A stretch of DNA of 64,000 nt from Octopus vulgaris (GCA_951406725.2 OX597831.1:14508001-14572000), one strand, 5' to 3'. Positions 44,018 to 59,822 are shown, counted from the first letter of the stretch. Notes: generated by a model from the letters alone, not told the origin. A program made the numbers and translations.

Positions 44018-44236
44018 CGTATAAATACACACACACACACACACATATATATATATGTATGTATATATGTGTGCATATGTGTAGGACTGGCTGTGTATAC
44101 GCCTGAGTATGCGCATGTAATCCTGTATGTATACATACATATTTATTTTTATATACACACACCCACATATATATGTATATATGTATACATGTATATATGT
44201 ATATATATACATATATACATACATACTTACATATAT

Positions 44237-44277
<41 letters not shown>

Positions 44278-44926
44278 AGTATGTATGGATGCACACACAT
44301 GTATCTGTGGCGTATGTATCCATACTTTTTACGTTTACTGGTCTCAGCCATAGGTTGTAGCCATGTTTTCAGGCATCGCCTTTTGTACGATTGTTTCCAC
44401 TGGTTTATTTTTTTTCTTTCACTCTCATTGTCCGGTCCTCTCTTATATATACATGTATATTAATTGTTAACAAGTGCTGTTAGTAGTATTAATGCAAGAA
44501 TGTATTTCGTCTGCTACTACGTTCAAATTCCACCGAGGTCAACTTTGCCTTTCATCCCCTCGGAGTCGATTAAATATGTACCAGTTATACACTGGTGTCG
44601 ATGTAATCGACTTAATCCCCTACTCTGAATCTGCCCTTGTGGAAAAAAATTGAAATCATTATTAATGCAAGAATTAAGAAAAAAAGGCGACCGGTTGGCA
44701 AGATCTTTAGTACAGAGGGCTTAATGGTTAGTGGCATTTCTTTCGTGTACGCGTTCTCAGTTCAAATTCCATCGAGATTCTCTTTGACCTTTATCCTTTC
44801 GGACCTGAACCTGGTCTAAAGAAATTATTCCAGTGTATGTGTGTGTGTGTGTGTGTTGTTTGTTTAAGTGCATGGGTGAATCTGTGTGTGTACCCCACAA
44901 CTCCACTTTGTTATATATATATATTG

Positions 44927-44966
<40 letters not shown>

Positions 44967-46473
44967 ACAGAAGGAAAGAGACAAAGAAAAACAATGTTAC
45001 AGTGTTAAAATGGTGCTCTCGGTTTTAATTCCGGATTTAGATTAACGACGTCAAAACCAAAATTAGGATTAGGATCATAATTAGGGTTAGCGATGTGATT
45101 GTTTTCAGTTAGTATTCAGTTTAGTATTTGCGAAAAACAATTAGGTTTACTGCTTGTTGCCGTTGATATTTCGCCCTTGACTGACCATCCTTGATTGTGA
45201 AAAACCTTAGTCATAAGCGGTTTCAGCCATGGTTATGTAACCTTTTCGTCGTACAAAGGTTTTCATCAGTCGATGCATCCTCGTCTTATTTACATATGGC
45301 GGTATTTTGTGATCTGAGAAAGCTACGGCTTCTACTTCTAGCGGTGCCCTTACTTCTAGCTGTCGACTCGTTAGTGATCGGTTTAAGGTTATAAATAAAG
45401 TAGATAGATTTGAAAGAAAAGAAAGAAAATTTTTGCTTAACGCTAATGTTTTCGTCTTCCATGAGAATAGCTTATCTGAATAATTAATATCCTAAGCAAC
45501 CATACTTCTTTACGTCAACCAGTGTACAATGTAATACATTTACTAAAGGTATTTCTTTACTGCCCACAAGGAGCTAAACACTGAGGGGACAAACAAGGAC
45601 AGACAAACGGATTAAGTCGATTATATCGACTCCAGTGCGTAACTGGTACTTATTTAATCGAACATGAAAGGATGAAAGGTAAAGTCAACCTCGCCGGAGT
45701 TTGAACTCAGAACATAGCGGCAGAAGAAATACTTCTAAGCGTTTCGGCCGGCGTGCTAACGTTTCTGCCAGCTCGCCGCCTTTCCAGAATCGTTACTGCG
45801 TAGGGAAAAATGCTTAGCGGCATTTCTTCTGACTTTGCACTCTGAGTTCAAATGGCACATGGGTCGACTTTACCTTTCATCCGTTCAGAGTCGATAATAC
45901 AATATACTAATGAATACTGGAGTCGATTACATCGACTTAACCACTTCGGGGAAAATGTGCCACATTTTGAAACCAGTGTAATACATTTGCTTTGTTACTC
46001 TCCCATTCGTGGATCCTCCTTTCAGAGACAACCGATGAGGGTTCAGCAAGCTCTTAATGAACGATCTGCTCATTTGTTTACAGAAGCCAAATGTTTGTGT
46101 TGTACATTGGCCCACGTCCTCCATCAAATGGACGTTGTCTGTACAGATACACAACGTGCCACACGTCTGATGTCGATGTGTTCGAAGACCAACGCTAGAT
46201 GAAGTATTTTGTTCCAGAACACATCGCACCGCCCGATCCGAGAATCGAAAACACGATCTGGTAGCCATGAGTGTAAGACCCAAACCATTAGGCTACGCGC
46301 TCTCTCATTACCATTCCATTATCACAACGACAAACGTCATGAAATCTATGCTTAGCTGATGAGGTCGTAGTAATGTCAAAACATGGTCGCAGTTGTATCC
46401 CGTATATACCGAAGAAATTAAAATGATATCAGTTATTAAGTGAAATTGTTTTATCTCAACTCACTTCTTCCAT

Positions 46474-46690
46474 GGCGGTGAGCTGGCAGAGTGGTTAGCA
46501 CGCCAGGGGAAGTGCTGAACGGCATTTCGTCTGTCTTTACGTTCTGAATTCAAATTCCGCCAAGGTAGACTTTGCCTTTCATCCTTTCGGGGTCGATTAA
46601 ATAAATACCAGTTGCGTACTGGGGTCGATCTAATCGACTAGCCCTCTCCCCTAAAATTTCGGGCCTTGTGTCTAGATTAGAAAAGAATAA
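46474..46690 (+). mobile_element. SINE family B (MetaSINE-like central domain), representative copy
   Basis: ggcggtgagctggcaga..gaattcaaattccgcc..gactttgcctttcatcctttcggggtcgat..taccag. Other copies, approximate: 8951-9345+, 20100-20280+, 44500-44640+, 45550-45785-, 52184-52340+, 54150-54365-, 54900-55380. Confidence 0.8.
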
Positions 46691-47914
46691 GACATCCTAC
46701 ATGAATTAACTTATCACAGATTCAAGAATGAACAGTTATGTTATGAACAAGATAATACTACAGTTAATATTAAATTTAATATCTTAGGGTTATACTTAGT
46801 ATTAGGATTAAGTAAGCAAATACTTTTCTTAATTAGTTTTAGGAATAGGATTTAGCGTTAGTTCCAGATTCACTCTAAGATAAAACATTCTTATTAAGCA
46901 TACCATTCATATTTATTTTAATATTCAGTTTCGTTTTACAATTAGAGACTAGGGCTATGATTAATAAGAAGCTTACTGCAAGCATTAAGATTAACGTTAT
47001 GATTTTAATATTTAGTATGGCTTTAGCTGTCTATATAAGTTTAATATAGCAGTGGCGTACAGGATTGTATGTCATCAGATGCTTTGTAGTACTCACAATA
47101 ATTACTTTGTTCTAAGTATTGTTCAAAAGAGAAACATATTAACTTTAGGTTGTTTCCTTGTAAATAATATGACTTGGACGCTGGCAACCACAAATGGTTA
47201 AGGAATCCGCTTCGCAATCACGAGGTCTCAAGATTGATCCTTATATGGGCCCTCTTCGTTATGCGTCTTTTACCATAACCATGAGTCGATTGAAAGCTTT
47301 AGAAGTGTAATTTGGATGATGAATGCTACACGGAAGATATGTTTGATGGGATCTCCAAATTATTCAAAGGTCCAACCCTGTCATATATCGCGTCACACTG
47401 TTTCGCCCAGATATTAGAGGAAACACACGTTTATGGCTGGCATATTCAGACATTTACACCGCTACATTTACACATACACACACGTCCATACGCACACATA
47501 CACATACACACACACACGCTCACCTCCATTCACAAATACATACTTACACACATTCTCACATACGCAAACACATTTGCACACCTTAGATCGTTGGGGGTCA
47601 CCGTTACCGTTATTATTATTGTTATTATCTCCCTTTCATTCAGCCTCTTTTTTCAGTCATCTCGCTATGTTGGACCGTTGAACTCTGCAGATTTTTTCTC
47701 TCTCCATTTGATTTCATTCTCTCTCCGTTTCCCCCTCTTAATCCTTTCTGTTAAAGAGCATTTGCTCGAAACGTAAAAGACTTTTCCAGTTTTGCCGAGC
47801 GTTAAACTAATACACCTACTTGTTCCTACACCTGCCTTGGTCTTTGATTTTCTGGAAATTTGCTTAGTCATTACGAAGATTAAAATTTTTTACACTTACT
47901 GACACCTACATCTA

Positions 47915-47966
<52 letters not shown>

Positions 47967-48621
47967 TAAGTAGATAGATAGATAGATAGATATAGATGTA
48001 TATATATAGATAGATATATCGGTATGCATATATATATGTACATACATACATACATAAATACATACAGCTAAATACAGCTACACATGCACTAACACACAAG
48101 CAACAAACACTACTAATAACAAAATATGTTTTAGCGAGGTGTATGCGTGGGAGTTAATACTTAGAAGCTAAAACTGTTATCACCTAAATTGCAGAAACGC
48201 TTCTTGCGTGGGTGGGAAGATGACGTTGTATCGATAACTTTACTACGAATGGAGTAAAAAATAAATAAATAAATGTGATAAGCCAACATTGAACGCTTTA
48301 CTTTGGGTGTATTGATTATTGTGCGTCTGCTTTGATCTAGATAATATAAGAGTTTGGAAACAGTAAAGCAATCATTTGGGAAATATCAGAGACGAAATAT
48401 TAAAGAATGACCTAAGAAGGGGTAAGAAATGACTACGAACGCAATGGCACGTGAATATACATACATTCAACATACATACGTACATACGTACATACAGACA
48501 TTCAGATAAAAATACATACGTATCTGCTAACATAGGTACATAGACATAGATTTACACACGTATGTACAATACATTACATATTTGTGCATGCACACACAAG
48601 CACGCATATAAATCTATCTGC

Positions 48622-48654
<33 letters not shown>

Positions 48655-48713
48655 TATAAATGTATGTATTTATATATATGTATATATATATATAAATGTA
48701 TGTATATATATAT

Positions 48714-48745
<32 letters not shown>

Positions 48746-48754
48746 AAATATATT

Positions 48755-48818
<64 letters not shown>

Positions 48819-48981
48819 AACAAAATATATATATATACTATATTAAAAATAAGGAATACTCCGAAGTATTAACAGCATTCCATTTAATTCTATAATTATT
48901 TACTGCCTTTTAAGATCAACTTATGAAAACCTGGGAGCAAACTGCTAATCGTTCTGGAGTATCCCTGAATTTTTACTAATA

Positions 48982-49053
<72 letters not shown>

Positions 49054-49054
49054 G

Positions 49055-49095
<41 letters not shown>

Positions 49096-50068
49096 TAATA
49101 CACACACACACACACATATATATATGTATGTATGCAGATAGATGTGTATGTCTGTATATGAAACATAAATATGTAATAAAAATGTAAGCGAATTTTTTAC
49201 ACACACACACACAGACGCACGCACATATTTATACATCCGCAGATGTGTGTAGATGAATACGTGCGTGTTTATGTCTGTGTGTATCGAGTGGATGTTGTTT
49301 ATCTGTGTGGGTGTTGACAAAAGAAATATTGCTCCCGGCAACATGAAACACTTCAAAAAACACTCGAAATTTGTTAGTAAATTGAACAGCAAAATAAATT
49401 TGAATCAGTATGAAAATATTTGTGAGGGCGTGCGTGGTCACGAGTTCAAATCCCACTCCCACCTAAACAACATTTTCATTATAAATATATATATATTGTT
49501 GTTTTTATTCTATATTTTTTCATGGTAATTTGTTTATGCTTTAAACTTCATTAGGACGTCGGAAAAAAAAAAGAAAAACAGAATCTGCGTCATGTATTTC
49601 GACTATTTGAGTTCAAATCTCGGCAAAGTGAATATAAATTACCATTTTTTTGGAATCAGTAAAATAAAATCGCAGTGGAGAATTGGGATTGACAGTAACA
49701 ATTTACCCCCACCTGAAACTAGGAATTCTTGAAAATTAGAAATAGTATATATCTTTTAAATACACATTTCCATAACTTCTAAATTTCCAATGCAGGATTA
49801 CAACGATGGTTGATAATTCGATTGGTCATAGGTATTCTGCATTTGAGCTGGCCTAGCATTTAACAACAAACAAAAAGGTAACGTAGCCAACTAAAATATA
49901 TACCATGCAATTAAAATATATATTACCAGTATTATAATCGTCTCAGTTTAGTGTACCTCAAATTTGGGATCAACAAAGCTTTGCACACGTCAGCTTATCT
50001 ATTATTTGTTGTTTAAATATTAGGAATGGTAGTTCTTAGGGGGCTACGAACGATGGATTCAGTGTCCG

Positions 50069-50108
50069 TAACTGATGAAGCGTAACAATGCAGAAACATG
50101 TGTCCTAT
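50069..50108 (+). ncRNA. HHR motif in a degenerate tandem dimer of about 313 bp
   Basis: CTGATGA-aGCGT aaca ATGCa-GAAA-CATGTG-TC with a weak stem I; decayed second copy near 50385-50420. Confidence 0.6.
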
Positions 50109-50469
50109 TGTCCAATGATATCATTCATAACCCATATTGTGAATAAGGAAAGTTTCTACTCTCAAGAAAATTTCCGCAAGGAAATTCTTTCCTCGTTTCT
50201 GAATACATGAATATGTTAAATATAAATCTACACATATTTCCAATCAACGCTTCTTGGTTTACCTTTAATTAATTAATTCCAGCTTGACAAAGCTTTTCAC
50301 CTGTCTGCAAAATTATGATTTGCTTTTTAAGTATAGGAATGGTAGTTCTTAGTGGGCTACGAATGCATGATTCCGATAACGGCACGCGACGACGCAGAAA
50401 CGCATGTCCTTACGGGCTGATGACGTCATTCATAATACAGTGATGCGTTTTCCATACTTGTTGCCTGTG

Positions 50470-50503
<34 letters not shown>

Positions 50504-52019
50504 GGAAACAATTTCCTCAGCGAAGGTCTTTCCACGTTCGAGTATACACGATTGTGGTAGATATAATTGTTCACAGCTATATTTGAACCAACGCTGCTTA
50601 GTGTTCCTCTACTTAATACATAATACCCTTCTATAGCACTCAACCGATTCTATAGAGCTTGCACAAACGGAGACACGGTTAACAGATTAATTATTGTCTA
50701 TGAGAATCACCCGCATGACTCTCCTCTCTCTCTCTCTTACTCGTTCTACAATATTGATCTTCGGATTAACACGTTTTCTTCTTCTCGGTTTATCTTTCAT
50801 TGCTTTTCATTTCCCCTTCTCTTTCTCCCTATATTACGCCATCTATCAAATCATGCGAGAGATACATGCTACATCCAACTAGCAATCCAAGCTGTAGGAC
50901 CTGTATTTCATTTGAACAAAGTAGAGCATAGACAAGTAATTGAAATAAATTTACACCAGAGTCTAATAAACAGCGCAGAGTAGTTTATTTTAATGTACTT
51001 TGACTGGAGTTAATGAATTAAGATGATTCACTCATTCACTTTCTTTATACATTTGTCACCTTGTTCCTCGCTTTGAAATCAAATTAACGTTACAGTCAAA
51101 ATGGCGATTCGACATTTTACGAATATTACGATATTCGTCTTGATCACCTCATGGTTTGGCGATGCATTCGAGGAGGCAATTTATAACAATAAAAATCATC
51201 CAGAATTATTTCCTCCATGTTTGCAATATCATTGCAAATCTTATAGAAATAGTTGGACGTTACCAACTGACAGAATAAGCAATAATGGTTCAATTCGTGG
51301 CATAGGCGTTTGACATTACTTCATGTATGGGAGAGTTTCACACCATGTGATCTTCTGTGTTAAATAAAGACAAAGAGTCTTTAGTAGAAAGTCGATTTCT
51401 CATGAACAAAACATTTCTGATTTCTCACTGCTGCAAAATAATCGTCTTTTAAGGATTGTAAAAAAAAAAAAAGAAAGAAAAGGAAGCTTGTTGCCCAATC
51501 AGGTATTTTCGGGTTCAATCCACCAACGTGATACCTTCAGGAAGTGTCTCTACGAGTCGAACGTGACCGTCTGAATAGACACAGAGACAGAAAACTGCGC
51601 AGATAGCTATACACACGGCATCAATTCTTATATGGCAGATTTAATCTTTCTCTACGCTTACCCATAATCGCTTTTACCCCTGTATGAACCTCACCTGCTT
51701 TTTGCAGAATCCACCCTCTTACATACACTTGGGCATGGCTCAACTCCATATTTTCCTGTTCTGTTTCCTATGTCAGAAACCTTTGAGTCGTGTCTTTCTC
51801 TCTTCCTTTCCTCTACATCCACCACCCTCTTTTACGTTACATCTTACTGGCTTAAGAAAAAAGAAGACATATTTGTTACATTATGTCTGAGAGAAAAATA
51901 TGCAATAGTCATGAGAAGAATGGCTTTCATCATATTTCTACAGGATTGAAGCCAGCCAAGTTCTAAACAGCAACATGTTCGCCATATGCCGTCTTTGGTA
52001 TTATGTAACAGCCATGTGA

Positions 52020-52495
52020 AAATGTCGATATCACCAACAGGTCCCATATAAGGTTGATATCATACGCAGGTTTATCTTAAAGTCGATATCGAATACAGCG
52101 TCATGATAAAGCCGATGTCACCGTGCCATTATAAACTCGATATCACATACAACGTTATGACAAAGTCGATATCACGTATGAAAGGGCGGCGAGCTGGTAG
52201 AATCTTTAGCATGCTGGGCGAAATGCTTAGCGCTATTTCGTCTGCCGTTACATTCTGAGTTCAAATTCTGCCGAGGTCGACTTTGCCTTTTATCCTTTCT
52301 GGGTCGATAGATTAAGTAGCAGTTGCGTACTAGGGTTGAAACTAATGTAAAGCGGGTACCAGAGACCGCGTCACTATAAAACCGATATCACATCGCCATT
52401 ACGACGTTCCTATTACATCTAAGATCATTATGAATTCGATATCACATACAGGACCATATCAAAGTTTATATCACATACAGGATTATTATGAAGTC
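52020..52495. repeat. Minisatellite of about 29 bp with a TCGATATCAC core, interrupted by a family-B SINE
   Basis: gtcgatatcacatac..atgataaa units on both sides of 52184-52340. Confidence 0.7.
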
Positions 52496-55381
52496 ATTCT
52501 GCAGATTTTAGATGTCTATAACTTCAGTCCCCTCGATGTTAGAATTAACTAACAAAACGAAAAGCGACAGAAATTTATTATATTTTAAAATAAGATTATT
52601 TTTGAGATTAGTTTTCCTCATCAGGTCTCCCGCCATTGTTATGCAAATCTTGATGTAGTTTGGAAGTCTAAGAAATACAATTATTTAAAAGGAAAAAAAG
52701 ATTTCACCGTTAAGTTTTTAATTGTGCGTCGAATCACATAATTTCTTTTATCTTCCTGCCCGCAAGTCATGTCCTATATAACGAGGTTTCGTTCAGTAGG
52801 GAGTAGCCTTAAGATCTTCCAGAAAAAAATATAGTTCAAATAATATTTTCTATTCTTTTTTGAGAAAATAAAAAATAAATTAATGTGACTGCGTGGTAAG
52901 AAGTTTGCTTCCCAACCAAATGGTTCTGGGTTCATTCCTACTGCGTGTCTTCTACCATGGCTCTGGGCCGACCAAATTCTTGTGAGTGGATTTCATAGAC
53001 GGAAACCGAAAAACTTCCTCGTGTGCTTACACTCACACGCGCACACACACACATGTATGCATGTATATGCGTGCGTGTGTGTGTGAGTGTGTGTGTGTCT
53101 GTGAATGTGTGCGTATATCAATGTATGAATGTTTTGTGTTTGTCCATCACAACCGCTTAACAACCGGTGTTGGTTTGATTAGGTCCTAATTACTAAACAA
53201 TCGTAGGCTTTAAGAAAAAAGAAGTACTAGAGGCGATTCGTTCGACTAAAAGTCTTTGAAGGCGATGCTCCAACATGGCCACAGTCCAGTGATTGAAACA
53301 AGTAAAAGAGAGAAATAATTATAAAATTTAGTCTCACAAACGACGATGAAAGACGACTGATTATAGTTGGCGGCTTCTGAAAGCTCTCTATAGAACAATT
53401 CAATTACATTGTGAATTAAGGTTATAAAAAATTTAAATTTATAATTGCAGAAGGATTTTTATAAATGGTTCAGTATTTATTAAGAGAACCGTTGATAATG
53501 AAAGAAATTCAGCCTTGACATCCTATATCATCCATAATTGCAACTTTGATTCCGTTATTGATCCATTTGTGTTAAGAGAGTTCGTTGAAGCGTTTGCAAC
53601 TAGTTTGCTAAGTGCTTGCTTCATACCTCATATACAATGGAAATACTAGAAGAGCAAGCAAGCGAGTGAGAGAGAAAGATAGATGGATAGAAAGATAGCC
53701 AGAGTGAGAGAGAGAGAGAAAGAGATAGATAGATAATCGGAGAAAGGTTAAGGGAAAAAGAGACTCTTTCTCTTGGAAGTGAAGTAGATTTCCGTTGTGA
53801 CATTCTACGCACGCTATAAATATTCCTGGTCCATCTGGTTTATAATTTGTTTTTCACGTGTGAGAACAGAAAATAATACAAAACTGTAATGAAGTGGAAG
53901 AACATTATTTGGTCTCTCAGTTTACAATGAGTGCCGTGGATGAGATGGTTGCTTCCGCCAAACTGAATTAGCGATCCGGTTTCGATTTCCGTTTCTACAT
54001 ATTTCATTCTATTTACGTCAATAAATCGGTTTGGAATAAAAATGGATGAACGTTACAAATCACCATTACCTCTCCTGCTTCGAACCAAAGTTGTAATGTC
54101 AACATGATCACTTTGCTAAAAATAGCAGCTAAATAACCCCTAATTGAAAAAAATATTCTTTCTACTATAGGCACATGAGTTGAAATTTTTGAGAGGATTG
54201 TGTAGTTGGTTACATTGACCTCAGTGTTCAACTGGTAATTCTGTTACCAACCCAAAGGGATGAAAAGATGTCCTCGGTGGAATTCGAACTCAGAATGTAA
54301 AGCCGGACGAAATATTGTTAAACATTTTGTCCAGCAGGCTACGATCCTGCCAGCTTGCCTCCACCTTGAAAAATATTATATTGTCCAATATTATAAAATG
54401 AACAGCTTAGACTGAGTGGGCTACAATGATTGTTATATCATTACTTAGTCACGTACAGTGAAGTATATGCTTCGCTGAGGAGGCCTAATAACACTGAAAT
54501 ATGTCTGGAGTTCTCTTCCGTGCCGATAAAAGAAATCCTCAAAGCAATATTTCTCCTCGCGCTAACATCGTCCATTCCTTAACACATATATTTCTCATGT
54601 TGATGTTTTACTTCCCTTTTTAATAACACTAACTAAAATATAGATTGTTTTTTTTTTTATGTGCTAGTTGTAAATTAATTTATTTTTGAAAGTATACGAA
54701 CAAAAGTGTTCATCATAGTGTTTAGTCATAACATTAACAAGATTAAATAAATAAAATAATTGTTTCCAAATTAGTCAAAAGGAGCAGAAATTTCGTGGGG
54801 ATGGGATTAATCGATATTATCGATCCAAGCACGAGATTGTTATTTTAATTTATCGTTGCAAAAAGAACGAAAGGAAAATTTGGCCTTGGCGAGACATGGA
54901 AGAAATACCCGTTTCTTACTACCCACAAGGGGCTAAACACAGAGGGGACAAACAAGGACAGGCACACGGAGTAGGTCGATTATATTGACCCCAGTGCGTA
55001 ACTGGTACTTAATTTATCGACCATGAAAGGATGAAAGGCAAAGTCGACCTCGGCGGAACTTGAACTCAGAACGTAGCGGCAGACGAAATACCGCAAATCA
55101 TTTTGTCCGTCGCGCTAATGATTCTATGAATCTGTTGCCCTTAACAAGAATAATGCTTTCTTTCTTTCATTTTCTTTCTTCCTTTCTATCTTTCTTTCTT
55201 TCTGTCAGAATCGCTTGCATGTCAGGTAAAATGCTTAGCGGCATTTCGTCTGCCGTTACGTTCTGAGTTTTAATTCCACCGAGGTCGACTTTGCCTTTCG
55301 TCCTTTCAGGGTGTCGGTAAAATAGGTACCAGTCGAATACTGGGGTTGTTCTAATCGACTTACCCTCTCCACCGAAATTGC

Positions 55382-55543
55382 TAGATTCACTTCAACATTT
55401 AAATTTAATTTGTCAAAATATTTTCGTCACTTTGAGACCGCGACCTCTTCACTGACAAAATTCCTATGCAGCACAGAACAGGTCGCGGTCTGAAAGCCAC
55501 GAAATTATTTTAACAAATTAAATTTAAATGTTAAAGTGAATCT
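55382..55543. mobile_element. Inverted-repeat remnant with an HHR-like motif (55412-55456 minus)
   Basis: Inverted arms of about 65 bp. Minus strand reads GTCA-GTGAAGA-gGTCGC..GTGAC-GAAA-ATAT-TT-TGAC. Confidence 0.55.
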
Positions 55544-55655
55544 AACGGTGTTTGTGTGTTTTAAATGGCTTATAAATACCTTCCACGCTGCAACTGATTT
55601 CGTTCCAGTAAACGATCTCAGATCAGGTCACTTGCTATGCAAGTACATCTCCGTA

Positions 55656-55775
<120 letters not shown>

Positions 55776-56409
55776 TTAAATGAAGCGCAATATAATATGA
55801 AAAATATAAAAAAACCTGTCCTGGGGTCTGTAGTCTGCTGTTGTCTGGAAATAATATGAAATAGAATTCGTCTTGCCATCTTCGAAATTGCAATTTTGAA
55901 ATTCAAAATAAAAAATCTTTTGTAATTTATAACTTATTTGCTGGGCAGGTGGACAGTTAGATTTTGACTTGTTGGATTATGTCCGTGCCTCTTTGTTTAA
56001 ATAAAGAAGAGAACCAAAAGCGAATAAAAATATTGTCGCCTGAAAAATAGAAACGAAAAATATTAAAGCAAACAAGACAAGAGCAAATAATGTGTGTGTG
56101 CATGCATTGTGCATCGTGTGGAAAATAATGAGTTTGCGTACTGTGTGCGCATCGTACAAAGAGTGAAAGCATTATTTCCATCTGATTTATATTTCCGAGT
56201 TCTGACGGGAGGAAAAATGTAAATAGGGATAATGCTAAATAATAATAAAAAGAATATTAATTATAACATTCCCGTCAGAGATGCGATAAACATCGCAGAA
56301 TAGTTTGGAGGACATCGCAAATAAATATATATTCCAAACACAGGAATCAAGAGTGTCATCTTGCGCAGATAAATTGAAATATTGGTTTATTGCGCGAGAG
56401 AGAAACCGG

Positions 56410-56484
<75 letters not shown>

Positions 56485-56714
56485 GGAAAGTGAGGGCGTT
56501 GGAATGGCGAGAAAACAAGATGGCGGTAGTCTGATAATAGGCAACTGGACTGAGGATGTAAAATAATTGCGGATCAATAACGGAAGGCTTCCTGAACATT
56601 CTCCCTCGTGAAATAAACTCTCTCTCCATTGATACTTTCCGAAATATCCAAATGGGATTAGAAAGACGGGCTTATTATGTAGTTTGTTTTAGAAGCTGTA
56701 TCGACCAAAGGCCT

Positions 56715-56746
<32 letters not shown>

Positions 56747-56849
56747 ACTACTGCTACTGCAACAATAGCAGCTGTGACTCTTGGTTAGTGTTTTTGTTAG
56801 TGTTTTACGAACAGGTAATTTAAAGACGTTCGAACAACGAACGATCAGT

Positions 56850-56888
<39 letters not shown>

Positions 56889-59771
56889 ACACACACGTAC
56901 ACATACATCCTTTTTCTTTTATCTTTTACTTGTTTCAGTCATTTGACTGCAGCCATGCTGGAGCAACGCCTTGGAGGGTTTTAATCGAAAAAAATCGAAC
57001 CCAGGACTTATTTTGTACTTATTCTATCGGGGTCTTTTTTGTTTTGTCGAACCGTTAAGTTACAGGGATGTAAACACGCCAACACTGGTTGTCTAGTGGT
57101 GATGGGGGGACAGACACAATGATATAAACGCTGACACAAACACATATTCATATATATATATACGAGGGGCTTCTTTTTAATTTCCATCTACCAAATCCAC
57201 TCACAAGACTTTGGTCGGCCTGAGGCCATAACAGAAGACAGTTGGCCAAGGTGCCAAGCAGTAGGACTGAACACGGAACCATGTGGTTGTGAAGTCACCT
57301 TCCTACCACACAGCCACATCTTCACTTATATATATATATATATATATATATAAATCTATGCATGTATGCATGTAAATATACATCGCTACATATGTACACA
57401 TCCACCCATACACTTATATGTTTGTATGTATTTATGGATATGTGAAGATGTAAAATGTCAATGGCCGGACGACAAAGTGGTCACTTTCGATTTCTGAATC
57501 ATTCATTGAATTTCTTGAAAAGAAAAGAGAGCTAGCAGTGGACTTAACCTTTACAATTCCTCTGAGATTGGTTAGATCTATGTTTAAATTCTGCATTCGT
57601 AAGTCAACGAGTGGACTGGATAATATAGACGAGGTGAGAATACCAGGGGAATTTATTTTCTGCGTAGAAAGGACTCCCACGAGACACTATGTGTCGGATT
57701 GACCTGGGTCGAGGTGTTACGCAACTAATTTGTTCAGATCTGTAATGATGCTTTTGTCAATGACTTCCTTGAGGATGCGTTCGGCCATGATTCTTTGGCT
57801 GTTAAATTAGTTTACCTCATTGTTTTTATTTGCCCTGGGCCTCAATATTTTAATATCGTCCAGTGAACTGTTCCAAAAATTAAATTACATACACAAATGT
57901 AATTAGAATATAAAAATAAAACTGATGGTAGTCTCCCGTCGTCCGAGAAAGACGGTTCTGCAATTTCTTGCTGGACAACCAGCACTAATGGTTTGTTTAC
58001 AGGGATCAAAGTTATGTGCTGTACACAAGCTTACTCTCTCCATCAAATCGACGTTGCTTGAACAGGTCCATGGTGTACCAAATGTCAAACATCGAAATGA
58101 TCACAGAACAGCGTGAGATGAAGCGTTTCGCTCAAGAATACAATGAACTAACTGGTCCAGGAATCAATAATACGATTCTGTAACCATGAATGCAACACCC
58201 TAACAACAAGGCCATTCGCCATCACAATATAAAGAAATGATACAGTTGCAGTATACAGGTGCAATGACCGTTTCAGAGTTGCATAATTAATTATTTTTCC
58301 GAAAGATATAGGTGATACATAGTTTTATAATTAATTGTGTATAATAATTACGTAATGGTATAAAGGAAGATGGTTTTATTCTACCGAAACAGCTGTTGGG
58401 CGTAATAAAATTATTCTCGTATTTGTCGTTGCTGCTTGATACCAGGCCATCTCTGAACGTACAACTTCTATGGTCAAAACATTCCAACCGTGGCAATATC
58501 ATCAATTGCATACGTTGCAAAGAACTGGGGACTACATTGTGGCATGCGTTCATTTTCTTTGAGGTGGTAAGTTAAGATTTGAATAAAATTCGGCGGCTAT
58601 TTCCAGCTGTCTTCGTTGACAGTTAGAAACTGGCCCTCGGATCCCGATAAGAATCTGCAACGACATCATTGGTCGCCATTTATAATTAAATAAATTAAAA
58701 CAAATTAAAATTTAAAAAAAAAGCGATAGCAACAACAACAACAAAGAATGGGTGCTCATAAACACACGGGTGAACAGAAATCAATATGGCTTGAAGCCAG
58801 TCACCTAACCCCTCACTAGACACCTCCACCCCATCTGAAACTCTGTGAAGGCACGTGGATCTGGAATGTGGCCAGAACATGGAATGGAAGCAATAAATAA
58901 TATCTGAGAGTAAACAAGGAAGAATCGATGCCATGGAGGTGTTTTTTGCTTGTTTCGTTCTGTTTGTTTTGTTTTGTTTGGTTTTACATCATCACGAGTA
59001 GCAGCAGCAGCCGCAGCAGCAGCTGTAGTACCGCCACCGCGGCTAGTGTAACGCCGTCACCAGCACTACAGCCTCAACTACTACCACCACCAACGCAGCT
59101 ACCACTACCACTAGTAAACACAATGAGCACCATCACCATCACCATCATCACCATCACCATCATCACCGTCACCAGCATCACTATTCTTAACACCACCGCC
59201 GCCGCCACCACCGCCGCCGCCACCACCACCACCACTGCCACCACCACCACTGCCACCACCATTGTCATCGTGAACTCCAGCATCATCAACAGCACGATCG
59301 TCATCATTGTCATCATCATTGCCGTCGTCGTCGTCATCGTCGTCATGTTTCTCTTCACCGCCACCACCCCTGACATCACCATTATCCCTCTGAACATGGT
59401 CATCATCCTCATCACAATCCACCTGCTACTCTTCTTTTTTCCTTCTCCTCTTTATAATCATCCTCATCATCCTCATCATCCTCATCATCACCATCATCAT
59501 CATCATCATCATCGGTATTACTATAATGATTTACGAACTTAAAGTGCTGACGTAAAAACAGTCAAAGATAAAAATCGAAATCCGTTTCCTATTATATCCT
59601 GATACATACATACATACATATATACATACATATATACATACATATGTATATATACGGATGCACATATATTTTTCATATATACACACACACATGTATGCAT
59701 GTATCTACGTATGTATACACACACTCATTTATACAACTAGGTTTGTATGTGTGTATATATGTGAATATTGT

Positions 59772-59822
<51 letters not shown>

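Noticed and set aside
58928-59542. 204-aa ORF resembling a secreted or membrane protein
   Set aside because: Mostly CAC/CAT trinucleotide low-complexity sequence.
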